A stretch of DNA of 58,220 nt from Mesotaenium endlicherianum. Taxonomy: Eukaryota. The stretch covers positions 144,580-202,799 of the forward strand of contig WELA01002918.1 of the NCBI GenBank assembly GCA_009602735.1, given 5' to 3'. Both the position numbers and the translations under genes were made by a program. A model generated the notes under the pieces. It ran no database searches and was not told the DNA's origin. It was given only the letters and a program-made list of their open reading frames with translations. Positions 11,417 through 24,601 of this stretch are shown here, one piece after another (position 1 is the first letter of the stretch; each line of letters starts with the position of its first letter).

Positions 11417-14303
11417 ATGGCAACTGCTTTCTCCGGCATTTCCTGTTTGAAGAGTTTGCAATTCGCCAGCGAACTTTCACGTCAACGACCTTCACATGAT
11501 GCAAAGACTTGCAGAAGCACAAATCACCAGAAAAATCACAAATGTGTGACGAGCTGTAGGTTTTCTCAGAAAGCTGCAATCAGTTCGACCTTCCTGAGCA
11601 GTCAACCATGCCAATTCCGTCCTCCTCCTCTTAGAAAGCAACGTATCGCTTCAGTCAGAAGGCAGGCTGAGACTCTCGCTTTGCACAAGGAGCAGCAGCT
11701 GACCTTGGACTCTGTAGCTGACTTTGACTTTGACCCTGTCATTGACTTTAACTCCAATAATGGCCCCTCAAAGTCCTTTTCTACTAAGGTTGACCAGACC
11801 TCAGCAGAAGCAGACCCTGAGAAAAACCTTACAGCAGTTTACAGCAACAGGAGGGGCCTGACCCTGGTGGGCCTCTGCGTGGGCGCTCTTCTGCTGCCAA
11901 GTGTCGCGACCCCGTCAGCACATGCAGCCCAAGAGGCCTCAAGCAAGGGCGCGCCAGGTGGCGCGCCGCGAGAGGCTGTGAAGTTCCGGACACTGGAGGG
12001 GGGAGTTCAGGTGCTGGACATCAGAGAGGGTGGGGGGGACATCCCCAAAGACGGCGATAGGGTGAGTGCACGGACATAATTGCTAGTACCACTTAGGGCA
12101 GGGGTTTAGGTTTTATCCGGCCGGCTGCACCTTGTCAAGCACGCGGGGGAGGGCCCAGGGGNNNNNNNNNNNNNNNNNNNNNNNNNNNNNNNNNNNNNNN
12201 NNNGGGGGGGAACACGCCCATAGGTGGAGATAGGGTGAGTGCATGTGTATGTTTGCGCCTACGACTTAGGGGAAGGCTTTTTAAGGTTGCAGGTTTAGGG
12301 CGTGGAATTTAGGGTTTCAGCCCAAAGACCGGGGCCAATTACGCGAGGCCACATCTTGTCAACTCTGACCGGAGTCTCTCCTGGAGATACTGGAGGAGGC
12401 CTTAACCCCGAGGCCGCATCAGGTGGCCGAGGCTTCCGGGCCTTAAACCCTGCGAGGCCTAAACCCTGGGGCTTAAACCCCGAGGCTTAAACGGCTTAAA
12501 ACCGCAGAGGCTTAGCGACTGAGAGGCTCTCAAACACTGAGGCCTAAAACCCCCGGGCTCAAAGCAAGCGGTGCCAAAGCGCATCACCTTGGGCCCTGGG
12601 GAGGTCCAAGCCCCTGGCTCCCCCGGCAAGCGTGCCAGCAGCACTCTTCTCAGAAGGGGCAGCTTGTCTGAAACCGGGCAAGGAGCGGCTTAGGGCGGGA
12701 ATGAAAAACTTGAGGGGTTGTTTGCGCTTTACTCAAGCAAGTGTGTGGCTCGCGCTCTGTTGTATTCTCTGTTTTTTTTAGTTAAATTTTTTTTTGGGAG
12801 GGGGGNTCTCGCCCCAAGCATTGTATGGGGCGGACTGTGTGGCCCTCTTCTGCCCTTTCTAAACCCGAAATGTGAACCTTCAAATGTTTCTTTACTTCTC
12901 CTAAACCCAAAACTCTGACCCTTAAACTCTAAGCCCAACTCATCACTTGAGGCTCTCTCCCTTCTCCCCCCCCCCAATTTCCCCCCTGCAAGGTTGAGAC
13001 TTCCGAGGGCCGTATGTGCGATGCTCTGGCCGATTTCTGTTGAGAAAACGACGGCAGTCATTCTATGGTTGGGGCCTCCTCCCCAGCCTCCCTCGCCACG
13101 AAACCCTTTCAAGACTTTCTCTGTCGGGAAAGTAGGGGTTTTCCCCGTATTGTTGTATGGCCTTCTCTTCCTGTTTTCTCTTCACTTTATTTTTGCTCAT
13201 CGTTTTTTTTGAATTTAACGAGGCCTACGCATAAGGAAAGGATCCGCCTGCAGGCAAGGCTGGCATCCAGTGGTCGAAGCAAGGAGATAGGGTTTAGGGT
13301 TTGGGGTTTCAGTGTACGATTCTGTGAATGACAGTCCAACAGGTGAGAGAGAGAGAATTCCGCGGGGAGACAGGGGCAGGGGCTGGTTCGCGTTACGTAG
13401 GAGGCCAGTGGCGGACAGGTGTGGAATTAGGGTTTGGGGTACGGCTCGAGACAGTTTCGAACTTTTGAGGAACAGGAGGGGGCTGGAGAAATACAATCAT
13501 GCACATGTTTGAAATATGTACCATGATTGTTCGATGGAACGGCATCGCGTGTGAGAGGTAGGGCTCAGAGTTAGGGGCTGGGGTTTAGGGTTTAAGCTGG
13601 ACTATGATTCCGAGAAAGCACTGGTACGCACATTCGCCCGTATTGCTCCGAGGGCGCCAGGCAGGATGAGCATTTGTCGCGGGTGTATGCTCGGGTGCTC
13701 CCGGAGGGTTTCGGGTTAGGGTTTGGAGTTCAGGGTTTGGGAGCTCGCGCTTGAGGTACGGCACTCTCACACCTGCCGTTTGCCAGGTGGCGGGTGACTA
13801 CTATGCCCAACTTGCAGCAGGGGAAGGACGCAGGAAAAAAAAGTCCAGCTCTTGGGTGCTAGGGCGGAGGGAGCTGGGCCCTTCGTAAAGGAAGAGGGTG
13901 TGGAGGTGAGGGTTTCGGGTTTCGGGTATAGGGTTTAGTCAGATGCAGGGTTTCGTTCAGTCGAGACGGTCTGAGGCCTGCACTTGATTCAGAGATTGCG
14001 CCTGAGCTTAAATGCTGGGTTTAAGCCTCTCTCCCCCCCCTCCCTGTGCCAGGTGGCGGTGCACTACTACGCCAGGCTGGCGGCAAAGCAGGGGTGGAGA
14101 TTCGATGCGACGTACGACCACAAGGACGCGGACGGCGCCCCCCAGCCCTTTGAGTTTGTGATCGGCTCCAAGGAGGTGCGCATTCGACTCACACCCAAAT
14201 TTCATTATTATTCTTATTAGTGAGTTTGTCATCGGCTCCAAGAAGGTGCGCGCGCGCCTCTCTGGCCTCCCTCCCCCCACTTTTGCGCGTTCGATTCATA
14301 CCC

Positions 14304-14374
<71 letters not shown>

Positions 14375-16119
14375 NCAATATTTTTGCGATTGCATCCATC
14401 TGAGTTGATAGCTTGTCATCAAAGCTTTGGGTCACTGTCGTTAAAGTTCTCAACCTCAATGCAGGCGACGGCTGGGCTGGACGCACCTGTCGCAAGTGCG
14501 CTGCAGCTTGGCTGACGTTAAAAAGAATTTGACGTATTGCCGACAATATGTTAGGACATTTTTATGCTGCTGGTAGTTCTGCCCGGACGATTGGACACCG
14601 CCTGTCAGGCGTGCGTGACTCGCCACTGAACCTCTCATCTCCTGTCGTTAACTTCCCCATAATGACACCCTTGTGCCCGTGTGGCGGGGCACACGTGCGA
14701 GGCCTGTCTCTGAACTCCCCATCTCCTGTCGTTGAACTTCCCAATAACGACACCCTTGAGGCTTGTGCGGAGCGCGGGCAGGGCGGGGCTGGACACAGCT
14801 GTCGGAAGTGGGCAGCTCTTGTCGCTGAACTCCCGATTCAACTCCCTGTCGTTAACTGAGAAATATCAAAAGCGAGCAGGCGATAGCTGGCCGGACACAG
14901 CTGTCGTCGGGACGTCGGGAAAAGTGCACAGCTGTCGTCGTTTCACGCTTTGCACGCATTGGATTCACCGCCGGCGTTGACATTTCCAATCTTGGCACCC
15001 ACCCGGCGCCCGCAGGTGATAGCCGGCCTGGACACAGCTGTCAGGAGCATGCGTGTGGGCGGCACGCGGCGAGCTGTCATCCCGCCCAGCCAGGGATACC
15101 AGACCACTTCCGATGAACCTGTCCCCCCCAACGTATGTGCCTCTGTGCCTCTCTGCCTCTGTGCCCCTGTGCCTCTGTGCCTCTGTGCCGTCTGGGCCCG
15201 TGCATCAACCTGGTCGTTTCGGGCGCTGGCTCGGAGGGCCCGGGGTGCCAGGTGCATGAACCTGGTCAAGTTAGGCACTGGCTCCGTGGGGCTTGTGCAT
15301 GTATGAGGCAGGTCGTGTCATCGCGTGCACCATGTTGCGGCTGCCGCGCGCGAGCTGCAGTGCCCCACAATACGCTACTATTTTTAACTTCCTATGTCTC
15401 TGTTGTTTGTTGTTGTGTTGATGTGGTTTCCAATTGTTCCCTGATTTCTACTGTTATTCGGCTTCTATTGTTCCTTGGTTTGTATTCTTCTGTGGGGTCT
15501 CTTCTCCCGCATCTTTGATCTGATGTGCGAGGGGTTTGAGGCTTCAGATCTGAAACTGTGTAAGTTAAATTAAGCTTATATTAATTTTTTTCTCGGAATC
15601 ATGGGGGTGCTGGGCTCATCGGGGCGTTTGGATGGCATAGCATCAGCGACTCTCATTTTGTTAGCTCCTCCAAACCTTTATTCGGGCACGCAACCGCGAC
15701 CCGCGTGTGGCTCACGTTGCAATGATACAGGCTGTTAGCTCCTCCTAACCTCTCTTGGCGCACGCAACCGCGATCCGTGTGTGTGGCTCACGTCGCACGA
15801 GCATATGCCAGTTCCCTTTTTTCTTCTCTTCTTTCCTTTTTCTCTTCCGCGGGTGGTACGTCAAGTTAGCAGTAGTTCATGCCTTGCCTTCTCTTTTGGC
15901 GGGGTCTTGGCTTCTGTGTGGTGGGGTCTTGGCATCTCTTTGGTGGGGTTGGCTTCTCTTTGGTGGCGTGTGGTCGGGACTCGGGAGCAGTACTTTGACA
16001 GGCAGAGGTTATTCACGACCATCTTCAACCCCACGAGGATCAGCAACGGCGAGGGATCCACTCTCGGCACCGTCATTTTCGACATCCAGCTGCTCGGCAT
16101 ACGCCAGCTATCGTCGTAG
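11417..16119 (+). CDS. FKBP17-1: Thylakoid lumen FKBP-type PPIase FKBP17-1. Exons 11417-12061, 14053-14175, 15016-15132, 15991-16119
   Basis: All introns are GT-AG, phase 0. Transit peptide plus twin-arginine signal (NRRGLTLVGLCVGALLLP...AHA). FKBP domain GGDIPKDGDR|VAVHYYARLAAKQGWRFDATYDHKD...|VIAGLDTAVRSMRVGGTRRAVIPPSQGYQ...PPN|YFDRQRLFTTIFNPTRISNGEGSTLGTVIFDIQLL is characteristic of FKBP17-1. Confidence 0.95.
14305..14374 (+). repeat. Poly-T homopolymer (~70 nt) ending at an N
   Basis: Directly visible in FKBP17-1 intron 2. Confidence 0.9.
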
Positions 16120-18180
16120 CCTTAACAATAAGCAATTCTTATGATGATTTGTCATCATGAATTTTAGTTACGGCTTACAAGCTTGCCCATAGACTTATCC
16201 ATCTGTTTAAGGTGTCTTCTTACGACGAGTATTTAATTGGCTATTAGGCGGCTTAGGAGAAAACAAAGGGGTAGACTTGAAATACGCTCTAGTATAAGGC
16301 CTAGTTTGTGGTTTTCAGTAAGGTGCCTCCTCTCACATAACTCTTGTGAGGAGAGAATTTGTAAGGGTTTCCGCTCGTGTGAGCTGTGTGCATACGTACA
16401 TTTTAATCCGTTTTTCTGTTTTTTCATACACTTCTGCTCACGATCGGATGAAAGTGTTTGATGTGGTTCGATGAGACTCTACAGTGTGTCCTGCGTCTCT
16501 TTCCGTCTCCATGAAAAATACTCTGAGTATTCATGAGGCCTCTCTTCAGTGAGAAAGTGCGGCCTTTGGGTGTTCCGTGAGCAACCATAGCGAGGCTTCG
16601 CCTCGCCCTTGTTTGCGAGCTAGCTCGTGTTGGGGCGTGGGAGAGGGCGCTCTGAGTCGTTAGATGGGTTCGTGGGAGGAAGAGCTCGGAGCGGGTGCGG
16701 GAGGGCAACCATGACCGTGTGTGGTTGCAGGCGGCCATGGCCGCCTGCTTGTGAGAGCGCGTGAGGGAGAGAAAGGGAGGAGTGGCCTGGCTGTGGCTAT
16801 GGCCGCTTGGTTCTGGCAGGGCATTGAGGGATGGAAAAAGGAGGGAGGGGGAAAGCTCGTTGCGCGGACGGGGGTTGTCGAATTGTTTCAACTTGTCATT
16901 ATCGCTCGGAGCGGCCTTGTGAGGGCGCTAATTTCGCCCCCCTTACAACCACATGTATTGATCAGCATGGGGCCTATAAAAGAGCTAGTATACGATCTAA
17001 ATTATTTAGAAAGTAAATTTAACGCTTCTTGCCTGGTAATAGAGGCACCAGTGATGCCAAACAGCTTTGGGAATTTCCTTTCGACGTTTATCTCGAGCCC
17101 CCGTCGTGAGCGGATGAAAGTCTCCAATGATTCCCTTGGCCCTGTTTACGAGGCATACGTAAGTTTGTTGCATACGCTCATATAATTTGCAGGCCATATT
17201 TATTTATATGTGGTGACCAAGATACAAGGTGCAAAGACGGCCGATAAAATTTGGACCTCACTAGCTTGAGTGTAATTTTAAGACCATGTATGTGGGTATG
17301 CTTTTATATCGACAAATGTACGTCATCCATTACGTGGGCTGTTGAACTTGCTACTCAATAACATTGGTTGTGCAATCATGAACTGAAATGCACGCGTACG
17401 CATTTGATCCATCACTGAAGGTAGTTCTTGAATTGGCCGGAGTAATAGAGGATTTGCCACCTTAAAAGATTAATGTCTTCTACATCATTTCAAAATATAT
17501 TGTCAATCTTGGCTCCCGCCCAAGCGACGCGTGCACTTCAACTAATTTGACGAGGTCATATGAGAATATGACTTCAAGCTTTTAAACGAGATACAGAAAC
17601 TAGTTTGATTTACATATGGCCTATTCAGCCACAGGAGACTACCGGGCGAGGAGAAACTAACACGTGCCCAATCTTCGAACACGACCCTTGATCAAAACAG
17701 GACACTTCAGCAACAGACTTGTAATGAAGGTTGATGGTACACAGCCAGGTCACACGTGGAAGCACTAAGAGTCGGAAGGATGATAGACATGAATGAACTG
17801 AAGAATACAAGCTATTCCTGCCATCACCAGTTTTCCCATCATCCAAGTGTTACGCAGAGTACCCCTCTGCGCGGCTTTCTTAAGGTTTACATCGGTGATT
17901 GCCTCACTTCAGTTCCTATGATGAAGCCTGGATGAAGTCTAGCAGTTTTCTGACTTCTCTTTCGGGTGACAGGGGCGTCAGGAAGGGATATATGCGTGTA
18001 TCGACAGGGGGGGGAGCAAAGAAGTCAAAAAGAGAGGAAAAAACACATTAATGTGCTCGACGCGCACCCACTTATGTTTCGATTCAAAGTTACGAGAGCC
18101 TTACATAGTTACATGCGTTTACAGCATTCAACTTCCACCTTCCTATTTTTTCCAACTTTTTTAATAAAAAGTCTAAGGAC

Positions 18181-19271
18181 CTATCGCCTGCTTCCGGTAC
18201 TCGCAGTTTTGGCCTTGGCTTTGACTTCCGCCTCCTGACACAACGAGAAGAGAAAGAGCAAGAGAGAGCGAGTCAGCGCAAGCGTCAACCATCAATCAGA
18301 AGAGAGACCACGGACAGCTGGTCAGTTGCAAAACAGTTTCTCCGTCTCGCAGGATGCGGGGAGGGCAAAGGAGGTGCGCGTACAGAAGGGGGGGTGAGTA
18401 AGTTGGGCAGCAGCAAAAGTGGGTGTGGGCGTGGGCGTGCAGGCTGGGGCGAGTGTTGTGTCAGAAGAGAGTTGCGCCATGTGGCAGCACGAGAAGGGGG
18501 GGGGGGGGCAGAGGCTGGGCGCGTGCAGAAGGAGGAAGTTAGCTCGGCAGCGGCAGCGGCAGCGGCAGCGGAATTGGGAGCAGGAGTGAGCACGAGCAAG
18601 AGGCGGTGTGCGAGACAGGGAGAGATGAGATAGGGAGTGGCGCCAAGCGGGAGTGGGAGCAGGGCAAGGTGCGGAAAAGAGGGGGGAGCGGCGCCAGGTG
18701 GCACCGCATGCCCCCAAGAGAGGGGCCGGAAGAGAGTACAGTAGAAAAGAGTGGGGGACAGAGAAGGGGACACGAACAGAAGGGGGAAGGAAGCAAGGAA
18801 GCAGGAGCGGGAGTGTGAGTGAGCAGAGGCAGGTGTGCGAAGGAAGGGACTTGCACCAAGTGGGAGAGGGTCAGCTCCAAATAGTATGGGGGCAGGAGTA
18901 CGGGGGACAGAATACGGGGGGACACTGGGCCAAGGAGGGGCAGATTTGACGCGCAGAGGCGGCATGGAGCGCGGAGGAGGGGGAGGAAAATGCATGACGC
19001 GACAGGGTTACAATGTATGTACTGCTCGAGGGGGGAAGGTGAGGTGGGAAGCAGAAGTAAGAAGTGGAAGTGAGAAAATAGGAGGAGGAGGAGGAGGAGG
19101 AGGAGGAGTACCCCAGCCTGCGTACTGCCAAGGGGAGAGACAGGAAGAGACGAGATGAAGAGAGAAAGCGAAAGCGGGAGCGGGAAGTTCAAGTGGAAGC
19201 GGCAAGTGGGAAGTGAGGAAAATAAGGAAAATAAAAAGCAGGGGGGAGCGGGGGCAGGAGCAGGAGCACTA

Positions 19272-19321
<50 letters not shown>

Positions 19322-19342
19322 GGGGGCAGGAGCAGGAGCGCA

Positions 19343-19381
<39 letters not shown>

Positions 19382-22300
19382 GGGAGCCAGGGAGGGGCTG
19401 GAATAGGGAGTCGTGCGACGTGGCAAGGCCCGGGTCTAAGTGTGGGGGGGGGGGGGCAACAAGACCCAGGGAGGCGCGGGTAGGGTTTGAGTTCGACGTA
19501 CAGAGGTGGCGTGGAGGAGGATGTGGCTCTTGGCGGCCGCGGGGTTGTGGTTCTCCGCGCCGCGGCTCCAGTCGTAGCTCACCTGCGCGCGCGCGCAGTC
19601 GCAGCCGTATGTGGGCGGAAAACATAAATTATTACGTGCTGCAGAATGGGCGGTAGCCGTGTTAGTAGCAGAACAGGCGGCATTGCTCGCGAGCGGAGCA
19701 GGCAGCCACGTGTGAACAGAGGGACAATTAATTGATCTGCTGCAGATTGGGCAGCGCAGCAGGCAGCACAGCACGCTTGCGCGCCTGCGCGCAATCGCAG
19801 CCATGTGTGGGTGGAAGAATTGATGATTGATATTTGCTGCAGAGTGGGCAACAGTCATCGCGGTAGTCAGACGGAGCAGGTGGCGTAGCTTCTCTCCGCG
19901 GTCGCAGCCACGTGTGAACGACACTTTAAGAAAGCATCTGTTGCTGCAGAATGCATTAGGGCGATGGCAGTGATATAGCAATCGCTAGCCCGCAGCTTGC
20001 ATGCGCGATCGCAACCCCATGCGAGCAGAAAAAAATGATGCATGACCAGGGTGGTGGTAGTCGGGTAGTGGTGGAGCCAGCTCAGCTCGCCTGGGGTCTG
20101 TGACATCGGGGCTCTCCAGGGCAGAGTGCAAGGCAGGCTGCCGGTAAAAGTGCGCGTGCGCGTGGGAATGCGATAGCGAACGCGTGAGCTTGGGAGAGGG
20201 AGAGGGAGAGGGAGGGGGAGAGGGGAAGAGAGAGGGAGAGGGTGCAGCGTTACGGCGTAGGCGTAGATGGAGCCGTCGGAGCTGAAGCAGCTGGACGTGA
20301 TAGGCTGATTGCTCCTGGCCAGTGCCTGCCCCGCCACATGGCACACGCACACACGCGCACACCACGTGGCACAAACGCACCACGCGGGACACACACGACC
20401 GCGAAGCGCGGCGGAGCAAAGCCAGGTGTCAGTCCACATGATGGTCCACGTGTCGGTCCTCAATTGCGCCGTTCGAAGACTTACTAGTGAGTAATCGATT
20501 TTACGTTCCCGTTTAGCCTAGGGTGCCTGACATGTGTGCGTCCCACTGCTCAGTCCAGGAGTCACACCGTGAGAGGCCTGTTCCTCCCGATTGTCAGAGG
20601 GTCCATATCCACGATTCACGTAAAAGATGACAATGATGATGATGATGTGGCACCCCCAGTTTGTAAAATTAGCAAAGGTAGCGTTAGCAAACGTAGAGTA
20701 AAGTCAGCAAGCATGGCGTTAGCAAACGTAGAGTCTGCGAACACAGAGGTAGCTGCAGGTGGGATGGGCGCATTGCGAGCGCGTTGCCAGCAAGGCGGGT
20801 GGAGACAAGTGGCAGAAAGGAGCAGAGGCAAGGGGGCAGGTGGCGACAGGTGGCTATTGCGGGGCCTGTCAGCGAGAGAGAGATAGCCCAGCAGCCCAGC
20901 GGAGGCAGGGGGGCTCGTGACAGGTGGCAGCACGAGGCAAGATGCGGTGGCAGCAGCAGCAAAAAGAGGGGACGGAAAGACAGGGGAGACGTTTGAGAAG
21001 TGGGAGAGAAAAACGAGAGGCGAGGAGGAGGCGAGAGAGAGAGGCACGCACACACCGGGGGGGGGAGAACTGATCATTGCAGAGGACAGGTCAGCAAACT
21101 GCGCGAAGGATTCGGCAGAGAGAGCAGCGTCGGGAAAAGACAAGGGGGGGGGGGGCGGCAGGAGGGGAGGAGGGGAGGAGAGAGGAAACTGCAATTCTGA
21201 CTCCAACCCAAACGCTGGACCCCGCTTCGAATCTCGGCCTGCCGATGTGGCGGGTACGGCGGCTGTGTCTCGGCTGGCGGATGCTGACATGGCGCCGGCA
21301 CCCCCCCGCCCGAGGCCCAGGGCCAGGACTGACGTGCGCCTCCTGCAGAGCTTCGGCCTGTTTGCAAAAAATCACGTTCACAAAGACACTAATNGGGGGA
21401 GGAGGGGAGGAAGGGGGAAGAGGTATAGCCCTAACCCCTGAACATTAAACCCATCCTACCTTGAGCCGTTGTTTCGAGTCCTTGTCCCAGAAGTTGTACG
21501 CTCCGTCGCTGCCAGCTGTCGCAAACGTGCCGTGCACCTGCCAGGCAAAACCAAGGAAAGGTCAAGGAGGGGGCGGAGGAATTGCCAAACAGGGCAGAAA
21601 ATTTAGAGGGGGTCCCCGGGGGCCAGCCGTGGAGGGAGAGAAGGGGGGAGTGGATGGGGGGGGGGGGGAGAGAAACGCGTAGTAGGAGGAGGAAGAGAGG
21701 GAGAGGGGCAAAGAAGAGGTTGTGCAAGGCTACCACCACTGGCGGTGTCATTAGAAGAGAGTGGGAAGAATACCGCCGCTGCGCGACAAAGATTACGAGC
21801 GATGTACTTGCAACTATTAACGGTTGTCACGATCAGGTGGGGACGATTTCGGGACGATTCGGCCGGTGCCCAAACGGGCACCCCACTGGAGCAGACCCCA
21901 TTTGGCCCCTGCTTGCACTCCCTGCACGTGTCATCGCAAAGCTAGAGTTCGCAACACACCTCTCTCCAGGGTCCCTTTGGGTCCCTGGCCTTTGGGAAGG
22001 GGGCTCCGATGCGGCCGCTACAGGGACAGCATCGTGACAACGACAACGAGGAGCGGGGAGAGCTAAGGAGAGGCCATATAGGGCCCATGTGATGCAGAAT
22101 TGGTGTGCGTATCTGAGCGTGAGCGCATCTGCCCTTTCTTCAAGTGCGCGTTTGAGAACGCCCGCCTGCGCGCGCACGTGCATGCTTGTGCACGTGAGAA
22201 GACGGAAAATACTCGCGCGCGCGTGCACACGTGGGTGGGTGCTCACGCACGCGTGTAAGCAGGCAGAAGACAAGGTCAGAGGCACAAAGGAGGGGCCAGG

Positions 22301-24563
22301 GCCAAGACCGGGGCCGGAGCCGGGGCAGGGCAGGGGCAGAGGCGCTACTGGGTAGAAGTTTGACGGCGTGCAGATACGTACGCCTCCTGCACGCGCGCGT
22401 GCTCACGCGCGTGCTCCTGCTGGCGTAGCGAACGCAGGCAGCAGACTTCTGCGGAAGAAGACAGGGATATGACGGAGGGACAGGAGCTGAAAAGGAAGTT
22501 GCAGAAGAATGAATGCGGCAGAGAGTGCGGCGGAGGAAGAGGGCTCACGGGGTGGAAGTTGATGTCGTTGACCGCGTAGATGTCGTTCCCGTCGCGGTGG
22601 CACTTGAAGGTGAAGTTCTTGGCCTGCTGCGCCTCCTCGATGTGCTGCACGGCCACCCGCCCCTCGATGGATCCCACCTGCAACGCCCGCCTCTCCCATC
22701 CACGGCTCCCCTTGAGGTGCTCGGTTGTTTTCCTATCTGGTCTTGGCTATTTTGGTTGTTTGCTCGCTTGCATGATTGCCTTCTTCGGTTCTGTGATATG
22801 TTTTGTTTTCTTTGCTTTGCTTTGTTTTGCTTTGCTCTTGTTTGCCTTGGGTGTCTATTTGTTTGTTTGTTTGTTTGTTTGTTTGTTTGTTTGTTTGTTT
22901 GTTTATTTGTTTGTTTGTTTGCTTTGCTTTGCTGTGCTTTTCTTTGCTTTGCATGATTTGTTTGTTCCTTATTGGGGCCTTCTTCTTTCCGCGCATGTGA
23001 AGGTCTGCCCGCCCCTCGATGCACCCCGCCTGCAGCCCCTCCCGCCCCTCTCCGCTCCCTCTCAAGGTTCAATTCCGCATGTGGTGGGTGGACGGCAGCG
23101 CAGTGGTGGCATATATCTACGTGCGTGCGCGACGACGCGCGCGTGCGTGTTTGGATTGGCAGCTGCATACGTGGACACGCACGGGTGTGTCAAATGGAGC
23201 CAGCCGGAGCCCTCCGCCTCCAGGTCTGCAGTGCGTGGGCATTAGCGTTCAGGTGTCGGGGTAGATATGTTAGGTAGGTTAGGGTTAGGTTCAGGGTTTG
23301 AAACGGAGCTTAGGGGGCGCGCCGGAGGCCCTGCCATGCAACGCAAGATTAAATTTGCACACCAAGTGTGAGCATCACGTTCGAGATTGGGAGTCGGGGT
23401 TGAAAGAGGGCTTCAGAACGTGAGTTCGCGTTTCGAAGAGGACTTTGGATTTCAGGCGGGGCTTCGGGTTTAAGACGGGGCTTGGGATTTAAGACAAGGT
23501 TTTGGGGTTTAAGACGCGGCTTACACTTCAAGACAGGGGTTAAGAAGGGCTTAAAGTTTCAAACGGGCTTAGGGTTTGAGATGGAGTTTAGGATTCAAGA
23601 CAGGGCTTACGGTTGAGAACGAGGCCTAGGGTTTGAGACCGGCTTTAAAGTATAAGACGGAACTTAGGGTATAAGTTGGGGCTTGAGATTTAGGACGGCA
23701 CTTAAGGTTTAAGACACGGCTCAGGGGACGCACCAGGAAGCCCTGCTTGTCGGGGAAGGCGGCCACGCAGCGCGTCTGGAACTTGAGCGGCGACTGGATC
23801 TTCTTGTACTCCGTCTGAGCTCACGCACGCACGCACGCACGCACTCACGCACGCATGCACGCGTTCGGAACGGTCAACGGCCCCACTTGCAAGCCTACGC
23901 CAGGATTTCACGTGCGTCGGGATTTCACAAGCATTCCGGAGCCAGGAGCGCACGCTGACTTTGTTGAAGGATGCCCGCATGCGGTGGTAGGCCAATGCGC
24001 AAGCCTACGTCGAGGTTTTCACGAGCAAGATGTTGGGGGTCGAGCGCGCGCTGACTTTGTGGAGGTATGCAGCGGGGGAAAGAGAGGCGAGTGGGAAAGG
24101 GGAAGCTTCAACGTGGGAGTAAGTGCAGGTGCCAGCCCACCAGCCCACCAGCCCTAACAGATGCATCTGCTTTCATCACGCGCACACACGCACACACGCA
24201 CGCACGCACGCACACACGCACACACCCACACGCACGCACGCACACGCACACACACACAAAGGGTCTTGCCTTCCGCACTATAAGAGAAAGGGAGAGAGCT
24301 GGCTCTGGGTGGACCCCTCTGCCGAACTCGGCGCTGGTGAGATTGGAGACAACAAAACACCCGCACACACGCACACACACAAGCACACACGCACACATGC
24401 CCACACGCACACAGGCACACAAGCAAAAATGCAAGCACGCAAGCGCACACACATGTACACAAACATATACACACGCACGCGCGCGCGCGCAGTGCGAGAG
24501 TGAGGGAGAGAGCTGAGAGCTGAATTGTAAACTGGGGGAGAGCAGACACTGGGTGTCCACACG

Positions 24564-24601
<38 letters not shown>

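Noticed and set aside
63..16119. Functional cluster of two thylakoid immunophilins (CYP26-2 and FKBP17-1 within 10 kb)
   Set aside because: Unrelated folds separated by another gene; proximity is probably chance without synteny data.
17918..17953. Box C (ATGATGA) ... box D (CTGA) snoRNA-like pair
   Set aside because: Only about 36 nt apart, with no terminal stem or recognisable guide.
18539..19426. 295-aa Pro/Ala-rich ORF (PAPAPA)
   Set aside because: Product of the (GCAGGA)n repeat and pyrimidine-rich sequence inside the last RAE1 intron.
20616..21441. Overlapping 170-220 aa ORFs in a RAE1 intron
   Set aside because: GC-rich low-complexity sequence with no recognisable domain; RAE1 splices across it in phase.
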